DNA of 64,000 bases. Source: an uncultured Candidatus Saccharibacteria bacterium (GTDB taxonomy: Bacteria; Patescibacteriota; Minisyncoccia; Phycocordibacterales; PALSA-1337). The position numbers and the translations under genes are program-made. Position 1 is the stretch's first letter. Each line of letters starts with the position of its first letter. This document shows positions 28,673 to 37,905 of the stretch, one piece after another. Under the pieces are notes generated by a model. The model saw only the letters and a program-made list of their open reading frames with translations. It had not been told where the DNA came from and did not search any database. The stretch lies in NCBI GenBank assembly GCA_964412585.1, contig CAYPPJ010000005.1:1512-65511 (forward strand). The letters run 5' to 3'.

Positions 28673-29839
28673 CTATTTGATTGGCTCAACAACCTGACCA
28701 GTGCCGACAACTTTAACCAGTCCAAAATTCGTCAACACTCCTCGAGGAGAATACTCATCGCTTATTGTGACATCTCCCGCGACACCAGAATAACTTTCAG
28801 CCTTCTTAAATTGAGCACGAACGCATTCACCATCATATCCTTTACCCTGAACACAGATTTGGGCTGCGTCTCGGAAGCGATGGACAATATCATAGTCAGC
28901 AGTAATAAAGAAGGTGCTAAAGCTGTATTTTTTGCCATATTTCGCAACATAGGCATCATTGAACACCTTTACTTTTGCAGACATTTCGTCGGCATATGGC
29001 TGAACAATCAAATAATCCGCCGGCATCTTCCCCCCGGTGACTTCAAGAAACTTCGCGGGACTGAATGCGAGATTGTACAAATATGTCTTTCCGAGGTTTT
29101 GCGCCTCGACTTGAGTGGTGACCAGGCCCATAACATCTGGCCCCTGCGTTGAAACGAGCACGGCGTCATACTTCGAACCCTTGAGCTTGAGAACATTGGT
29201 GCGATAATCCTTTGTCTGCGGATCAAAACGTTCGTCAACTGCAATTTTTCCGCCAAGATCCGTAAAAGCTTTTGCAAAGGCGTCTGAATATGTTACCGGC
29301 AAATCTTTGACTTCAGTTAGCATAGCAATCGATCGATGACCCTTCGCATATGCCTGTTCGGCAAGCTTTGTCGCATAGTACGTATTTGTCGAAGAGTGTC
29401 TAAACAACCACTCACCTTCATTTGGAATGACGGGCACATTCGAAAAGACAGCAAATACAGGAACGTGATCTCGAGCAGATAGTGGCGCAATTGCGAGTGT
29501 TTCGGTACTACAATGACCACCAAATACTGCAGTCACTTTATCAATGCTCACCAGCTTATTCCATGCATCGAGAGCTGCCTTGGCATCACATTTACCATCT
29601 TCGACGATATATTCAATTTTTTTACCGGCAATACCTCCTGCAGCATTGATTTCATCAAGCGCAAGAACAACGGTGTTTTTCCCTTCGGTACCATATGACG
29701 CGCCAGTACCAGTGAGCGGGGCAATGATGCCAACTCGGATAGTTGAAGTATCCGTTGTTGCTCCCCTAGAGAACACAACGAGTAAAATAATCGCGATCAG
29801 AATCACAATACTAATAATTATTTGGGTAGTTTTATTCAT
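28673..29839 (-). CDS. LivK-like substrate-binding protein 3
   Basis: PLTG, EINAAGGI, EDGKC, GGHCS. Confidence 0.92.
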   Translation of the reverse strand: MNKTTQIIISIVILIAIILLVVFSRGATTDTSTIRVGIIAPLTGTGASYGTEGKNTVVLALDEINAAGGIAGKKIEYIVEDGKCDAKAALDAWNKLVSIDKVTAVFGGHCSTETLAIAPLSARDHVPVFAVFSNVPVIPNEGEWLFRHSSTNTYYATKLAEQAYAKGHRSIAMLTEVKDLPVTYSDAFAKAFTDLGGKIAVDERFDPQTKDYRTNVLKLKGSKYDAVLVSTQGPDVMGLVTTQVEAQNLGKTYLYNLAFSPAKFLEVTGGKMPADYLIVQPYADEMSAKVKVFNDAYVAKYGKKYSFSTFFITADYDIVHRFRDAAQICVQGKGYDGECVRAQFKKAESYSGVAGDVTISDEYSPRGVLTNFGLVKVVGTGQVVEPIK

Positions 29840-29843
29840 AATC

Positions 29844-30965
29844 TTAATACAACACCTGCTTTGCTGACCTTACCACCTTCGGCACATACTCGCGCACGCC
29901 ATCATGCTTCTCATTGATGGTAATCTTTCCAGAAGCACCTTCGTAGTCCTTTAGGTTCGATAGATATTTTTTGATCTTATCGGGATTGGTGCCATATTTT
30001 TCGATAGCATCAGCAATAATGTATACCGCATCATATGATTCAGCGGTAAATATACCATATGGAGGAACATACCCAAACGCATCGATGAATGCGCCATTAA
30101 ATTTCTTGGATAATGGATTGTTGACGACATCATAGTTTGGTCCAGCAAAGATGAGACCTTCAAAAAGCCATGGTGATTGCTTGGTTAAAACAGCATTGGC
30201 AACGGTATCATTCCCAAATAACTGGGCAGATACACCGTACTCCTTCAACTGCTTGATAATGTTGAAACCTGCATCTGGTCGCTGTGGACTGATCATCACA
30301 CCATCAACATGTGCGTTCAAAACCTTTGCAACAATTGTATGAAAATCATTTACGTCAGGTCCAAACCCCTCGTATACGTTGACCGCTCCACCCTTCGCTT
30401 CTATATCCGATTTAAATTGTTCCGCAATCGGTCGAGCAAAATCGCTTTGCTCATAAATAACGGCGAATTTCTTCCCTCCAAGTTTGTTGACGGCTATTTC
30501 CGCAAGAATAGTTGATTGAACAGTTGAAACTGAAGTGGTACGAAATACATACTCACCCGCAGATGACAAAAGTGGTGTCGATGTTATACCAGCGAGCATA
30601 ACTATCTTATTCTTCTCGGCAACCGGCGCAATCGCAACACTTTCTGGTGTACAATGGCCTCCCAGGATAACCTTCACTTTATCTACCTGTATAAGTTTGT
30701 TAGCAGCACTTAGAGCGTCTTTACTAGTACATTTACCATCTTCGAAAATAATCTGTAAACGCTTACCATCGATACCTCCTGCTTTATTGATCTCGTCCAT
30801 AGCCAGCTTGCCCGCCTCGTATGCACCGTATTTCTTGGAAGAACCAGAGAGGTCAGAAATATATCCCACCTTGATAACACTTGAATCACCACTCGAAGCG
30901 ATGAAAATAATGACCACAAGGACCGCGAGTATGACGACCGTCCAGAACTGGGCCTTTTTAGACAT
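29844..30965 (-). CDS. LivK-like substrate-binding protein 4
   Basis: EINKAGGIDG, EDGKC, GGHCT, YDA. Confidence 0.92.
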   Translation of the reverse strand: MSKKAQFWTVVILAVLVVIIFIASSGDSSVIKVGYISDLSGSSKKYGAYEAGKLAMDEINKAGGIDGKRLQIIFEDGKCTSKDALSAANKLIQVDKVKVILGGHCTPESVAIAPVAEKNKIVMLAGITSTPLLSSAGEYVFRTTSVSTVQSTILAEIAVNKLGGKKFAVIYEQSDFARPIAEQFKSDIEAKGGAVNVYEGFGPDVNDFHTIVAKVLNAHVDGVMISPQRPDAGFNIIKQLKEYGVSAQLFGNDTVANAVLTKQSPWLFEGLIFAGPNYDVVNNPLSKKFNGAFIDAFGYVPPYGIFTAESYDAVYIIADAIEKYGTNPDKIKKYLSNLKDYEGASGKITINEKHDGVREYVPKVVRSAKQVLY

Positions 30966-31073
30966 GGTAGTGAGGGATAATAATGGGTATTAAAATACAC
31001 TTCTATTGTACTCTTTTTGAACAAAAAGAGAACCCCGTAGGTACCAGTCGACGTTTGATGGTCAACTATGTAT

Positions 31074-31733
31074 CTACGGGGCCTTTGGAACAATGGTATA
31101 CCCGAGTTTCAGCAACGTTTCCTGACGATACGAGAATATCATCAACAAAGCATTGCATGCGATGCCCGGAACGATCGGATTGACCAGCTGGAACGGCTTG
31201 AAGCCGAGCGGGTCAACGAAAAGCGCGGTGGTCATGCAAACGTATGCGCCAGTGGCGAATGCCCATGGCAATCCCTTTTGCCGCTCCTGGAGTTTGTGTA
31301 TCCTCCAGATTTGCGGGGCCATCGAGATGACCAAGATGCACTGCATGAGCAGATTTGCAGTGACTGGGTCCACAGCGCGTGCCTTGTACCAGGCAAATCC
31401 AACTGCCGACGAGAGTAACAGCGTCACCACTTCAAGCCAGCGCACCATGCGGATGCGACAGATGAAGAACGTGATGATGAATATCGTCGAGAGACTGACG
31501 CTCGAAGCAATCAGAACGCTTGAGCGGATCCAGGTTGTTCCTGAACCGGAAAAATAGGTCGCCAGGTTGATCCAGGCGGCTACTGACCGGATAAAGAATG
31601 TTGCCGGGTTTGGGTCAATCTTGCGACGACCCATCTCATCTTTTGTTAACGTGCCGATGAGGAGCAGCGTGGGAGCGATGCACAGCATCAAACTCCCGAG
31701 GAGATTTAATGTTGTGTTCACGATTCCTTTCAA
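31074..31733 (-). CDS. Hypothetical multi-TM membrane protein
   Basis: About 7 hydrophobic segments; TTG start. Confidence 0.65.
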   Translation of the reverse strand: MKGIVNTTLNLLGSLMLCIAPTLLLIGTLTKDEMGRRKIDPNPATFFIRSVAAWINLATYFSGSGTTWIRSSVLIASSVSLSTIFIITFFICRIRMVRWLEVVTLLLSSAVGFAWYKARAVDPVTANLLMQCILVISMAPQIWRIHKLQERQKGLPWAFATGAYVCMTTALFVDPLGFKPFQLVNPIVPGIACNALLMIFSYRQETLLKLGYTIVPKAP

Positions 31734-31752
31734 GTTACAGGGTTCGATGTGA

Positions 31753-31816
31753 ATTATAGCATAGTTTAAAGATATGTCAACATAGGTATTGACACATATT
31801 TAAACTATGCTATAGT
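31753..31816. promoter_or_regulatory. Dyad-symmetric divergent sigma70 promoter pair
   Basis: TATAGCATAGTTTAAA (31755-70) / TTTAAACTATGCTATA (31799-814), with TTGACA on each strand. Confidence 0.75.
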
Positions 31817-31824
31817 ACTTTCAA

Positions 31825-32040
31825 ATGAATGGTCTGGGGTTCTTCGGACAACTGTTCAGCTTATTGTTGGTGTTGTATATCCTAATTATGGGACTTCTCT
31901 ATATCGGGCAACAACAGCGCCTCATTCAGCCACTGAACAGATGGATCCTCAAACAAATCGGTCGGTTTCTCCGGGCATTGGCTAGGGGTCTGTGCAAGAT
32001 GCTCGAGAGATTCTTCAGATGGCTGGGCTCACTTTTTTAA
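31825..32040 (+). CDS. Small membrane protein
   Basis: 71 aa, N-terminal TM, basic amphipathic tail; own promoter. Confidence 0.6.
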   Translation: MNGLGFFGQLFSLLLVLYILIMGLLYIGQQQRLIQPLNRWILKQIGRFLRALARGLCKMLERFFRWLGSLF

Positions 32041-32057
32041 GGGGCCCGGCTGTTTTT

Positions 32058-33134
32058 TTATTTCACCTGCACCGGCTTGCCATCCTTGATTTCCCAAATG
32101 CCGATAGGTGCACGGAATGAAGATGCGGCCTTAAGTTTCGTTAGATTTCCCGCTTTGCCAGCATAGCTCGTCGTATTCAACAAATAGTCGAGGACTGATC
32201 CTGACTCAAATCCATTAACAAGCAAATTGAATGAGTCGAACGCATATGGTGCAACGCGAACGTTGAATCGAGTATCAGGAAATGCTTTGGTAAATTCGTC
32301 AGCAAACGCAGGACTAGAAAGTGACGCATCGCTGTACCAGCGACCATTGAAGAGTGATGGATCTGCACCAATCGAGAACGTGGCCACACCCGCAATATTG
32401 GTTACTCCGAGAGCTCTCAATTCTTGACCGATAATATCAAGCTGCGGTGGAAAGAAACCGATAAGGAATAGATCCGGCTTTGCCGCCCGAGCCTTTGCGA
32501 TGCTCGTCTTGAAATCTTTGATCGAAGGTTCTATGCGCTCATCATAGACGATGGTAATACCGCTTGATGTTGCCTGATCGCGAAGCGCCTGGAGTAAGAG
32601 ATTAAATCCTGGCTGATTTTGTCCCAAGACGGCAATCGTCTTGACGCCACGAGCCTTTGCTTCCTTGAGCCAAGTTCCCGTCTCATCATCAGCCATCAGA
32701 ATATTGGTAAAATTGTATGCACCATCAGCTACACGCGTATCACTGCAAAGACAGATCTGGGGAATTTTTGCGTTAGCTGCAATCGGTTTAACCGCGTTAC
32801 CTGTGCCGGAGGTTACCGTGAGAATAGCTTGGACTTTTTCAACATTCACCAGCTTCTGTGCGGCACTGGCCGCTTGAGCTGGATTGGTTCCATCATCTTC
32901 AAAGACAAGCTGGTAAGTATTTTTTGTTTTACCCATCGAATCAAGTGCGAGCTGTGCACCTTTTGCGAGATTAGTACCATACACTGAAGCTCCACCTGTC
33001 ATTGGTCCGATAATACCAATCTTGATGGTCTGCGGAGCAAGGAGGCTTGCTTTGTATTCAGGGGTTGTACGACCCGCCCATATTGCGAGAATAATAATGA
33101 TAATGACAATGACTCCCCAAATAATTTTTTTCAT
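32058..33134 (-). CDS. LivK-like substrate-binding protein 5
   Basis: IKIGIIGPMTG, EDDG, DFKTSIAK. Confidence 0.9.
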   Translation of the reverse strand: MKKIIWGVIVIIIIILAIWAGRTTPEYKASLLAPQTIKIGIIGPMTGGASVYGTNLAKGAQLALDSMGKTKNTYQLVFEDDGTNPAQAASAAQKLVNVEKVQAILTVTSGTGNAVKPIAANAKIPQICLCSDTRVADGAYNFTNILMADDETGTWLKEAKARGVKTIAVLGQNQPGFNLLLQALRDQATSSGITIVYDERIEPSIKDFKTSIAKARAAKPDLFLIGFFPPQLDIIGQELRALGVTNIAGVATFSIGADPSLFNGRWYSDASLSSPAFADEFTKAFPDTRFNVRVAPYAFDSFNLLVNGFESGSVLDYLLNTTSYAGKAGNLTKLKAASSFRAPIGIWEIKDGKPVQVK

Positions 33135-33400
33135 AAAACAATAGTATCATGATGCCCTTTTTCGTCAATAAAAATGCCGCGATCTTATCGCGGCTAGAGT
33201 GGTAGCTCACCAGCGTCGTTCAGCTTGGTGAATATCCGGTCCCTGGGTACACAACGCGCTCATACTCGGACTTGTCCTTGAAAAGACTCGGCCAGGCAAT
33301 AACCTGGAACACGCACAATACCGCGACAGCAAACAACATGAACGAACTGTCGATGCCGAAAAACAACCACGGATCAGCACTTACAAGGGGCGCAGCAAGA

Positions 33401-34153
33401 TTACTCCCCCAAATACGCCTCAATAACATCCTTGCGCGCCAACACCTCATCCGGCTTCCCTTGCGCCAAGAGCTGTCCGGCATCAAGTACATAGAGATGA
33501 TCTGACAACTCACGAATAAGATCCATATTGTGTTCAACGAGGATCACGGTCTTGCCATGTTCACGGAGTTCCTTCATCACTGCCACCACTGTCTTTATCA
33601 TTTCAGGGAAAAGTCCGGCGAACGGCTCATCAAAAAAGATAATTTCAATATCGCCCACACCGCTCTGTACGACCGCCAACACACGCGCAATTTCCAAGAG
33701 CTTGCGCTGACCATAGGAAAGATTTTTGGCCAACTCATTACGCTTGTCCCACAATCCCACTTTTTTCAAAACTTCTTCAGCTTTTTCCAAATGAAGTGCT
33801 GTATGTTTTTCAAACAAAGCTTTCCAAATACTACGCTCGGTCAACACCACCAAGATATTATCGAGCACAGGCATCTGCTCAAATAGCTTCACATCTTGGA
33901 ACGTACGCGTCATACCAAAGAATGGAACTTCGTAGGCACGAATGCGAGTCAGTTTTTCTGCACCTGCAATAATAACTTCACCACCATCAATCTCGTGCAT
34001 GCCAGTAAGCGTATTGATGAGCGTAGACTTGCCTGAACCATTTGGCCCAACAATAGAGGTGATCTTTCCTGCCTCAAATGAAATAGAAAGCTTGTTGACC
34101 GCGTAAACTCCGTCGAAGTGCTTATCTAGGTTGTGGGTTGAGAGAAGGGGCAT
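33401..34153 (-). CDS. livG: Branched-chain amino acid ABC ATPase LivG
   Basis: GPNGSGKS, RTFQ, LSYGQRKLLEIAR, DEP, VEHNM, EAYLG. Confidence 0.93.
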   Translation of the reverse strand: MPLLSTHNLDKHFDGVYAVNKLSISFEAGKITSIVGPNGSGKSTLINTLTGMHEIDGGEVIIAGAEKLTRIRAYEVPFFGMTRTFQDVKLFEQMPVLDNILVVLTERSIWKALFEKHTALHLEKAEEVLKKVGLWDKRNELAKNLSYGQRKLLEIARVLAVVQSGVGDIEIIFFDEPFAGLFPEMIKTVVAVMKELREHGKTVILVEHNMDLIRELSDHLYVLDAGQLLAQGKPDEVLARKDVIEAYLGE

Positions 34154-34157
34154 GTAA

Positions 34158-35255
34158 TTATTTTATCACAACAAACTTATTCCCATCCCACTTCTTGACC
34201 ACTTGGACTACATCAAATGAACCGTCCCCATTGTAGTTATATCTGCCCGCAACTCCCTCAAAACTTACACGAAGCGAGTTCATGATTACCGTATTCGAAA
34301 TATTCTCTGCTTGGGCAATTTTTCCAAACTGCGTAATCGCATCATATATATAGTCTCCGGCAATCGTTGGATATGAAGCGTATTTAGCAAAGTATTCATC
34401 GATAAACGGCACATTGTCGTTACTTACGAAGAGCTGGTTATCAAGTGCTCCCTGTGCGGCCTTGAGCTGATCCACAATCTCAAAGACTGGACCACTGACC
34501 AATGGTACCGTGAGCCCGGCATCCTGGGCCTGTTTCGCAAATACGCCTACTTGTGGAGAAATGTATGCTATGACCACATCAGGCTTGGCTGCACGAATCT
34601 TTGCGATAGATGTTTTGAAATCATTTTCTGACTTGGTAACTGACTCGTCCGCAACGATCTTATACTTTTCAGCAGGAAGAATCTTGGCCAGCTGATCATG
34701 AACAGACTTTGGGCCATCTGACTGATTCCAGATCATCGCGACTTTTTTGTATTTCCCTTTGAGCAGGAGTTGTTCGATAGCGCTCGCCTGGGCCTCTGGA
34801 CCAAGCATGTAGCGAACCACCCACTGTTTGCCACCATTGATGTCTGTAGCATTACCGAGACCGATCATCGGAACAGATGCTTTTTCTGCAATATATGAGG
34901 CTGCAACTGATGATGGTGAGCTGTAGACGATAAGAGCGTTGACCTTGTCGACATCAATCAGTTTCTGCGTAACTGAAACCGTTTGTTTTGGATCAAACTG
35001 GTCATCAGCATAAATAACTTCAATTCGTTTGAGTTGATCCGGAGTAAATTTCGAAAGCGCAAGTTCAACTGATTTCTTTGAAGCCTCACCAAGAGTTCCT
35101 CCCGGACCGGTCATGGGTAAAACAATACCGACTTTGAATACCTGTTGCGTCGGTGTCACCGTAGATGTTGTTGGTACTGAAGAACTCGACGCACCGACAA
35201 TGATAAAGATGATGACGATGATGAGCACGACTGCCGTCCAGATAATTTTTTTCAT
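34158..35255 (-). CDS. LivK-like substrate-binding protein 6
   Basis: PMTG, DDQFDP, DFKTSIAK, YDA; start MKKIIW. Confidence 0.9.
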   Translation of the reverse strand: MKKIIWTAVVLIIVIIFIIVGASSSSVPTTSTVTPTQQVFKVGIVLPMTGPGGTLGEASKKSVELALSKFTPDQLKRIEVIYADDQFDPKQTVSVTQKLIDVDKVNALIVYSSPSSVAASYIAEKASVPMIGLGNATDINGGKQWVVRYMLGPEAQASAIEQLLLKGKYKKVAMIWNQSDGPKSVHDQLAKILPAEKYKIVADESVTKSENDFKTSIAKIRAAKPDVVIAYISPQVGVFAKQAQDAGLTVPLVSGPVFEIVDQLKAAQGALDNQLFVSNDNVPFIDEYFAKYASYPTIAGDYIYDAITQFGKIAQAENISNTVIMNSLRVSFEGVAGRYNYNGDGSFDVVQVVKKWDGNKFVVIK

Positions 35256-35409
35256 GAAAATGAGGGAGCGCTTATGGGTAATGGGGCTCGTAAAGTATAA
35301 CAATCTGCACCAATAAACACATGCTTGCAAATGTTAATTATTTGTGGTATAAAGCGACCTGAATTTATAGGCGCACAAACAAACATCTCCCTATAGAAAA
35401 AACTGATCT

Positions 35410-36270
35410 ATGAAAAAATCACTCATTGGTGCCGCGATTCTACTCGCGGCCGCACTGGTTTGTACTGCACTGGCAAACGAACCAACCAATTCATCTTCAT
35501 ACCTGCCCTTTCCTCCTCCATTTCGCGAGATGACCAACGACAGCATCATGCCTCCGGGCATGAAGTTGGTCGCAATCTACGCATGCAAAGGAACAAACCT
35601 AATCATGTATTCTTGCGTCGGGACAATGTACCGTCCCGACACGCAGACGGCCGAGGTCATTCTTCCTGAGCACCTGTTTGCAAAAGGAATCTCAACCAAT
35701 ATCTACTACGCGGTTCGTGTCATGCAACCGGATAGTGGAAAAATTGATGGGTACCTCGATAAGATCGTCATGACCGGCACAAATCTCGCCAACCTCGATG
35801 TGGCTATTGCTCGTATCGGCATGAAGCCGACGATAATTCCGGCGTACATCGAACCTCGAAAGCGCATCCCTTCAACCATGTATCCCTCACGACGCATCAT
35901 GATGGGGGGAATGCAAGTTGCGCGGGTAAAGTCGCTCATCACAGGAAAAGTATCCCCCGCACTTGGCTACGGCGTAACATTCGCAACGGACGCCGATATG
36001 TTGACGATGACGCCCGAACGCGAAATGGCCATACTCAAGTCGCTCGAAAAAAACTCGAGCCTGATGATTGGCCTCAAGAGTAATGGTGGTGATAGTGGTA
36101 CTCCTTACATGGATGATCACGGGCGCCTCTTCATTCTTTCTAGCGGACTGGAGGAAACGGTTGACACCAAGCTCGTGATCATTGACTCCCAACAAGGTAA
36201 AGGTGTGATTACTCGTCCCATCAACGGACCAACCTCTCTTGTCGGACCACTCCAGCTCATTCCGCAGTGA
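35410..36270 (+). CDS. Secreted trypsin-like serine protease
   Basis: Signal peptide; His (LPEHLF), Asp (LDVAI), Ser (GGDSGTP). Confidence 0.7.
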   Translation: MKKSLIGAAILLAAALVCTALANEPTNSSSYLPFPPPFREMTNDSIMPPGMKLVAIYACKGTNLIMYSCVGTMYRPDTQTAEVILPEHLFAKGISTNIYYAVRVMQPDSGKIDGYLDKIVMTGTNLANLDVAIARIGMKPTIIPAYIEPRKRIPSTMYPSRRIMMGGMQVARVKSLITGKVSPALGYGVTFATDADMLTMTPEREMAILKSLEKNSSLMIGLKSNGGDSGTPYMDDHGRLFILSSGLEETVDTKLVIIDSQQGKGVITRPINGPTSLVGPLQLIPQ

Positions 36271-36357
36271 CAAGTCTCCCATTCACGCAACAGCCGCACG
36301 GTTTCGACCGGGCGGCTGGCTTTTTATCCAAAAATAAATCACATCATATAAACAAAT

Positions 36358-36412
36358 CTCCAGCGAATCTTTAACGTTTCTCCAGCATTTCTTCAGTTCA
36401 GTTTGATACAGT
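36358..36412 (+). promoter_or_regulatory. Promoter with four 11-bp-periodic boxes and an extended -10
   Basis: CTCCAGC 36358, CTTTAAC 36369, CTCCAGC 36380, CTTCAGT 36391, then TG-A-TACAGT; no -35 consensus. Confidence 0.7.
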
Positions 36413-36442
36413 CAAAGTGTGGGAGGAATTTCCTCTCCACGT

Positions 36443-36540
36443 GGGCCCGTGGAGCGGTCTCCGGCCCATCCTCATCAGTTTGGGCTTACGGGTTCGACTC
36501 CTCAATGAGCACATTGACCTACTGGGCGGCGGGTCCACCA
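36443..36540 (+). ncRNA. tRNA-Ala/tmRNA-like RNA, copy 1
   Basis: Acceptor GGGCCCG/CGGGTCC (G3-U70) + A-CCA; GGAG/CTCC hairpin; GGCCCA/TGGGCT stem with 12-nt loop; GGTTCGACTCC T-loop. Confidence 0.75.
36502..36526 (+). repeat. 25-nt element, inverted copy of 50996-51020
   Basis: TCAATGAGCACATTGACCTACTGGG; reverse complement matches 50996-51020 at 23/25. Confidence 0.85.
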
Positions 36541-36542
36541 TC

Positions 36543-36571
36543 TTGACTTTTCGCCCAAAAAGGAATATACT
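36543..36571 (+). promoter_or_regulatory. sigma70 promoter of complementary sRNA 1
   Basis: TTGACT-17-TATACT. Confidence 0.8.
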
Positions 36572-36577
36572 CTTAGT

Positions 36578-36647
36578 AACTGATGAGGATGGGCAACGAG
36601 AACGCTTCAAAGTTCTACAAAAAACCGCATTTATTGCGGTTTTTTGT
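36578..36647 (+). ncRNA. Small RNA complementary to tRNA-like RNA 1
   Basis: Starts 7 nt after the -10. AACTGATGAGGATGGGC is the perfect complement of 36464-36480. Ends in terminator AAAAAACCGCA/TGCGGTTTTTT. Confidence 0.75.
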
Positions 36648-36674
36648 TTGAGTCTTTCAACTGTAAATACTACC

Positions 36675-37751
36675 CTACTTCACATCCACCATCTTCCCTC
36701 CTTGCATCACCATCATCTTTGTATCAGGAAGTCTGTTGCCTGTTGCGCCGAACTTTATTGTGCCGCTCGCTCCGGGGAATGAAATAGTTTTTATGTTTTT
36801 AGTCCAGGTGTCACGATCCGCACTATATGCTTGAGCCAGGATATTGAAAGCGTCATATCCAACGTCAGAGAAGAAACCGGCTTCCACTCCATATCGTGCC
36901 TTGTATGCCGCTTTGAATGCTTCAGTAGAATCCAATTTCATTCCACCGACAATTGCCCCGTCTATAACAGACAGATCTCCGAGAATGCGTTGATAGTCAG
37001 TAAATCCTGAGACGAAACTAGTGTCAAAGAAAAGGGCCGGCTTATTCTTTACCACTTTCAGAAATTCTTTTATAAACTGTGCACCCTGTTGCGGATAGAT
37101 AAACAAGCCAACTGCCTGCGGATTACCTGCCGCAGCCTTCAACGCATGCGTACGGAAATCTTTTTCAGACGCGTCAATCTTAAAATCAGTCGTCGAGCCT
37201 TGGAATCCTTTTTTGAAACTCTCCACGAAACGAACCATGGCATCAAGGTTGGTATACACCAAATTCATCTGTGTGATGCCCTTATTTCTCATATAGACAC
37301 CGTAATCATATTCAGAGACGATGCTATCTGGGAAAAGTCCGAAGACATTGTCATCTGTCGGCTCACGTCCCTGTTCTCCGCCTTGCATGACTGGCATGTG
37401 CGCCTGGGTTACCGTGTCATAAATTGAATCAATAGTTGGTGTCGACGCGTTGATGAGCGCATCGATCTTATTCACATTCACCAACTTCTGATAGGCGCTT
37501 ACTCCCTTGCCGCCACTAAAGCCATCGTCCTCGATAGAGAGATTGATAGGGGCATCCGGATGTTTTGCATTGTACTCTTCATTTGCAAGAACAACTCCAT
37601 TCTTCAAATTTTCTCCGACAGCGGCATAATCACCGCTCAAGATGCTGATAAGTCCGACATTGAAACCTTTTACTGGCGTCTTACTGCCTGTACCAAAGTA
37701 AATAACAACGATTATGATAATAACGATCAGGGCCCAAAGATATTTTTTCAT
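36675..37751 (-). CDS. LivK-like substrate-binding protein 7
   Basis: LSGDYA..G, EDDG, DFRT, YDA. Confidence 0.9.
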   Translation of the reverse strand: MKKYLWALIVIIIIVVIYFGTGSKTPVKGFNVGLISILSGDYAAVGENLKNGVVLANEEYNAKHPDAPINLSIEDDGFSGGKGVSAYQKLVNVNKIDALINASTPTIDSIYDTVTQAHMPVMQGGEQGREPTDDNVFGLFPDSIVSEYDYGVYMRNKGITQMNLVYTNLDAMVRFVESFKKGFQGSTTDFKIDASEKDFRTHALKAAAGNPQAVGLFIYPQQGAQFIKEFLKVVKNKPALFFDTSFVSGFTDYQRILGDLSVIDGAIVGGMKLDSTEAFKAAYKARYGVEAGFFSDVGYDAFNILAQAYSADRDTWTKNIKTISFPGASGTIKFGATGNRLPDTKMMVMQGGKMVDVK

Positions 37752-37905
37752 GGAGACACTATACCATATACCAAAGCACACGCTATTTTAGTCAAAAAAT
37801 ATGATATTTGAATAGTCACAATAGCCCTCAATGTAATGCTCAAATCAATTTTACTAAAATATCATCAGAATTGCTGATAAATATAAAGTGTGCTAGAAAG
37901 AGTCT

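Noticed and set aside
33220-33537. 105-aa ORF overlapping the livG 3' end
   Set aside because: No credible start outside livG; at most a short membrane-gene remnant.
36443-36540. Canonical tRNA-Ala, full tmRNA or prophage att remnant
   Set aside because: No 7-nt anticodon loop or normal D-arm, and no tag ORF or pseudoknots. Both acceptor strands are present and co-vary, and no integrase is nearby.
36580-36620. CTGATGAG as a hammerhead ribozyme core
   Set aside because: No stem II plus GAAA follows. The homologous sRNA reads CTGTCGAG, and the motif is explained by complementarity to the upstream loop.
36417-36782. 121-aa ORF across RNA cassette 1 (likewise the 76-aa ORF 50934-51164)
   Set aside because: The ORFs cross promoter or terminator elements and are not homologous to each other, although the RNA structures are.
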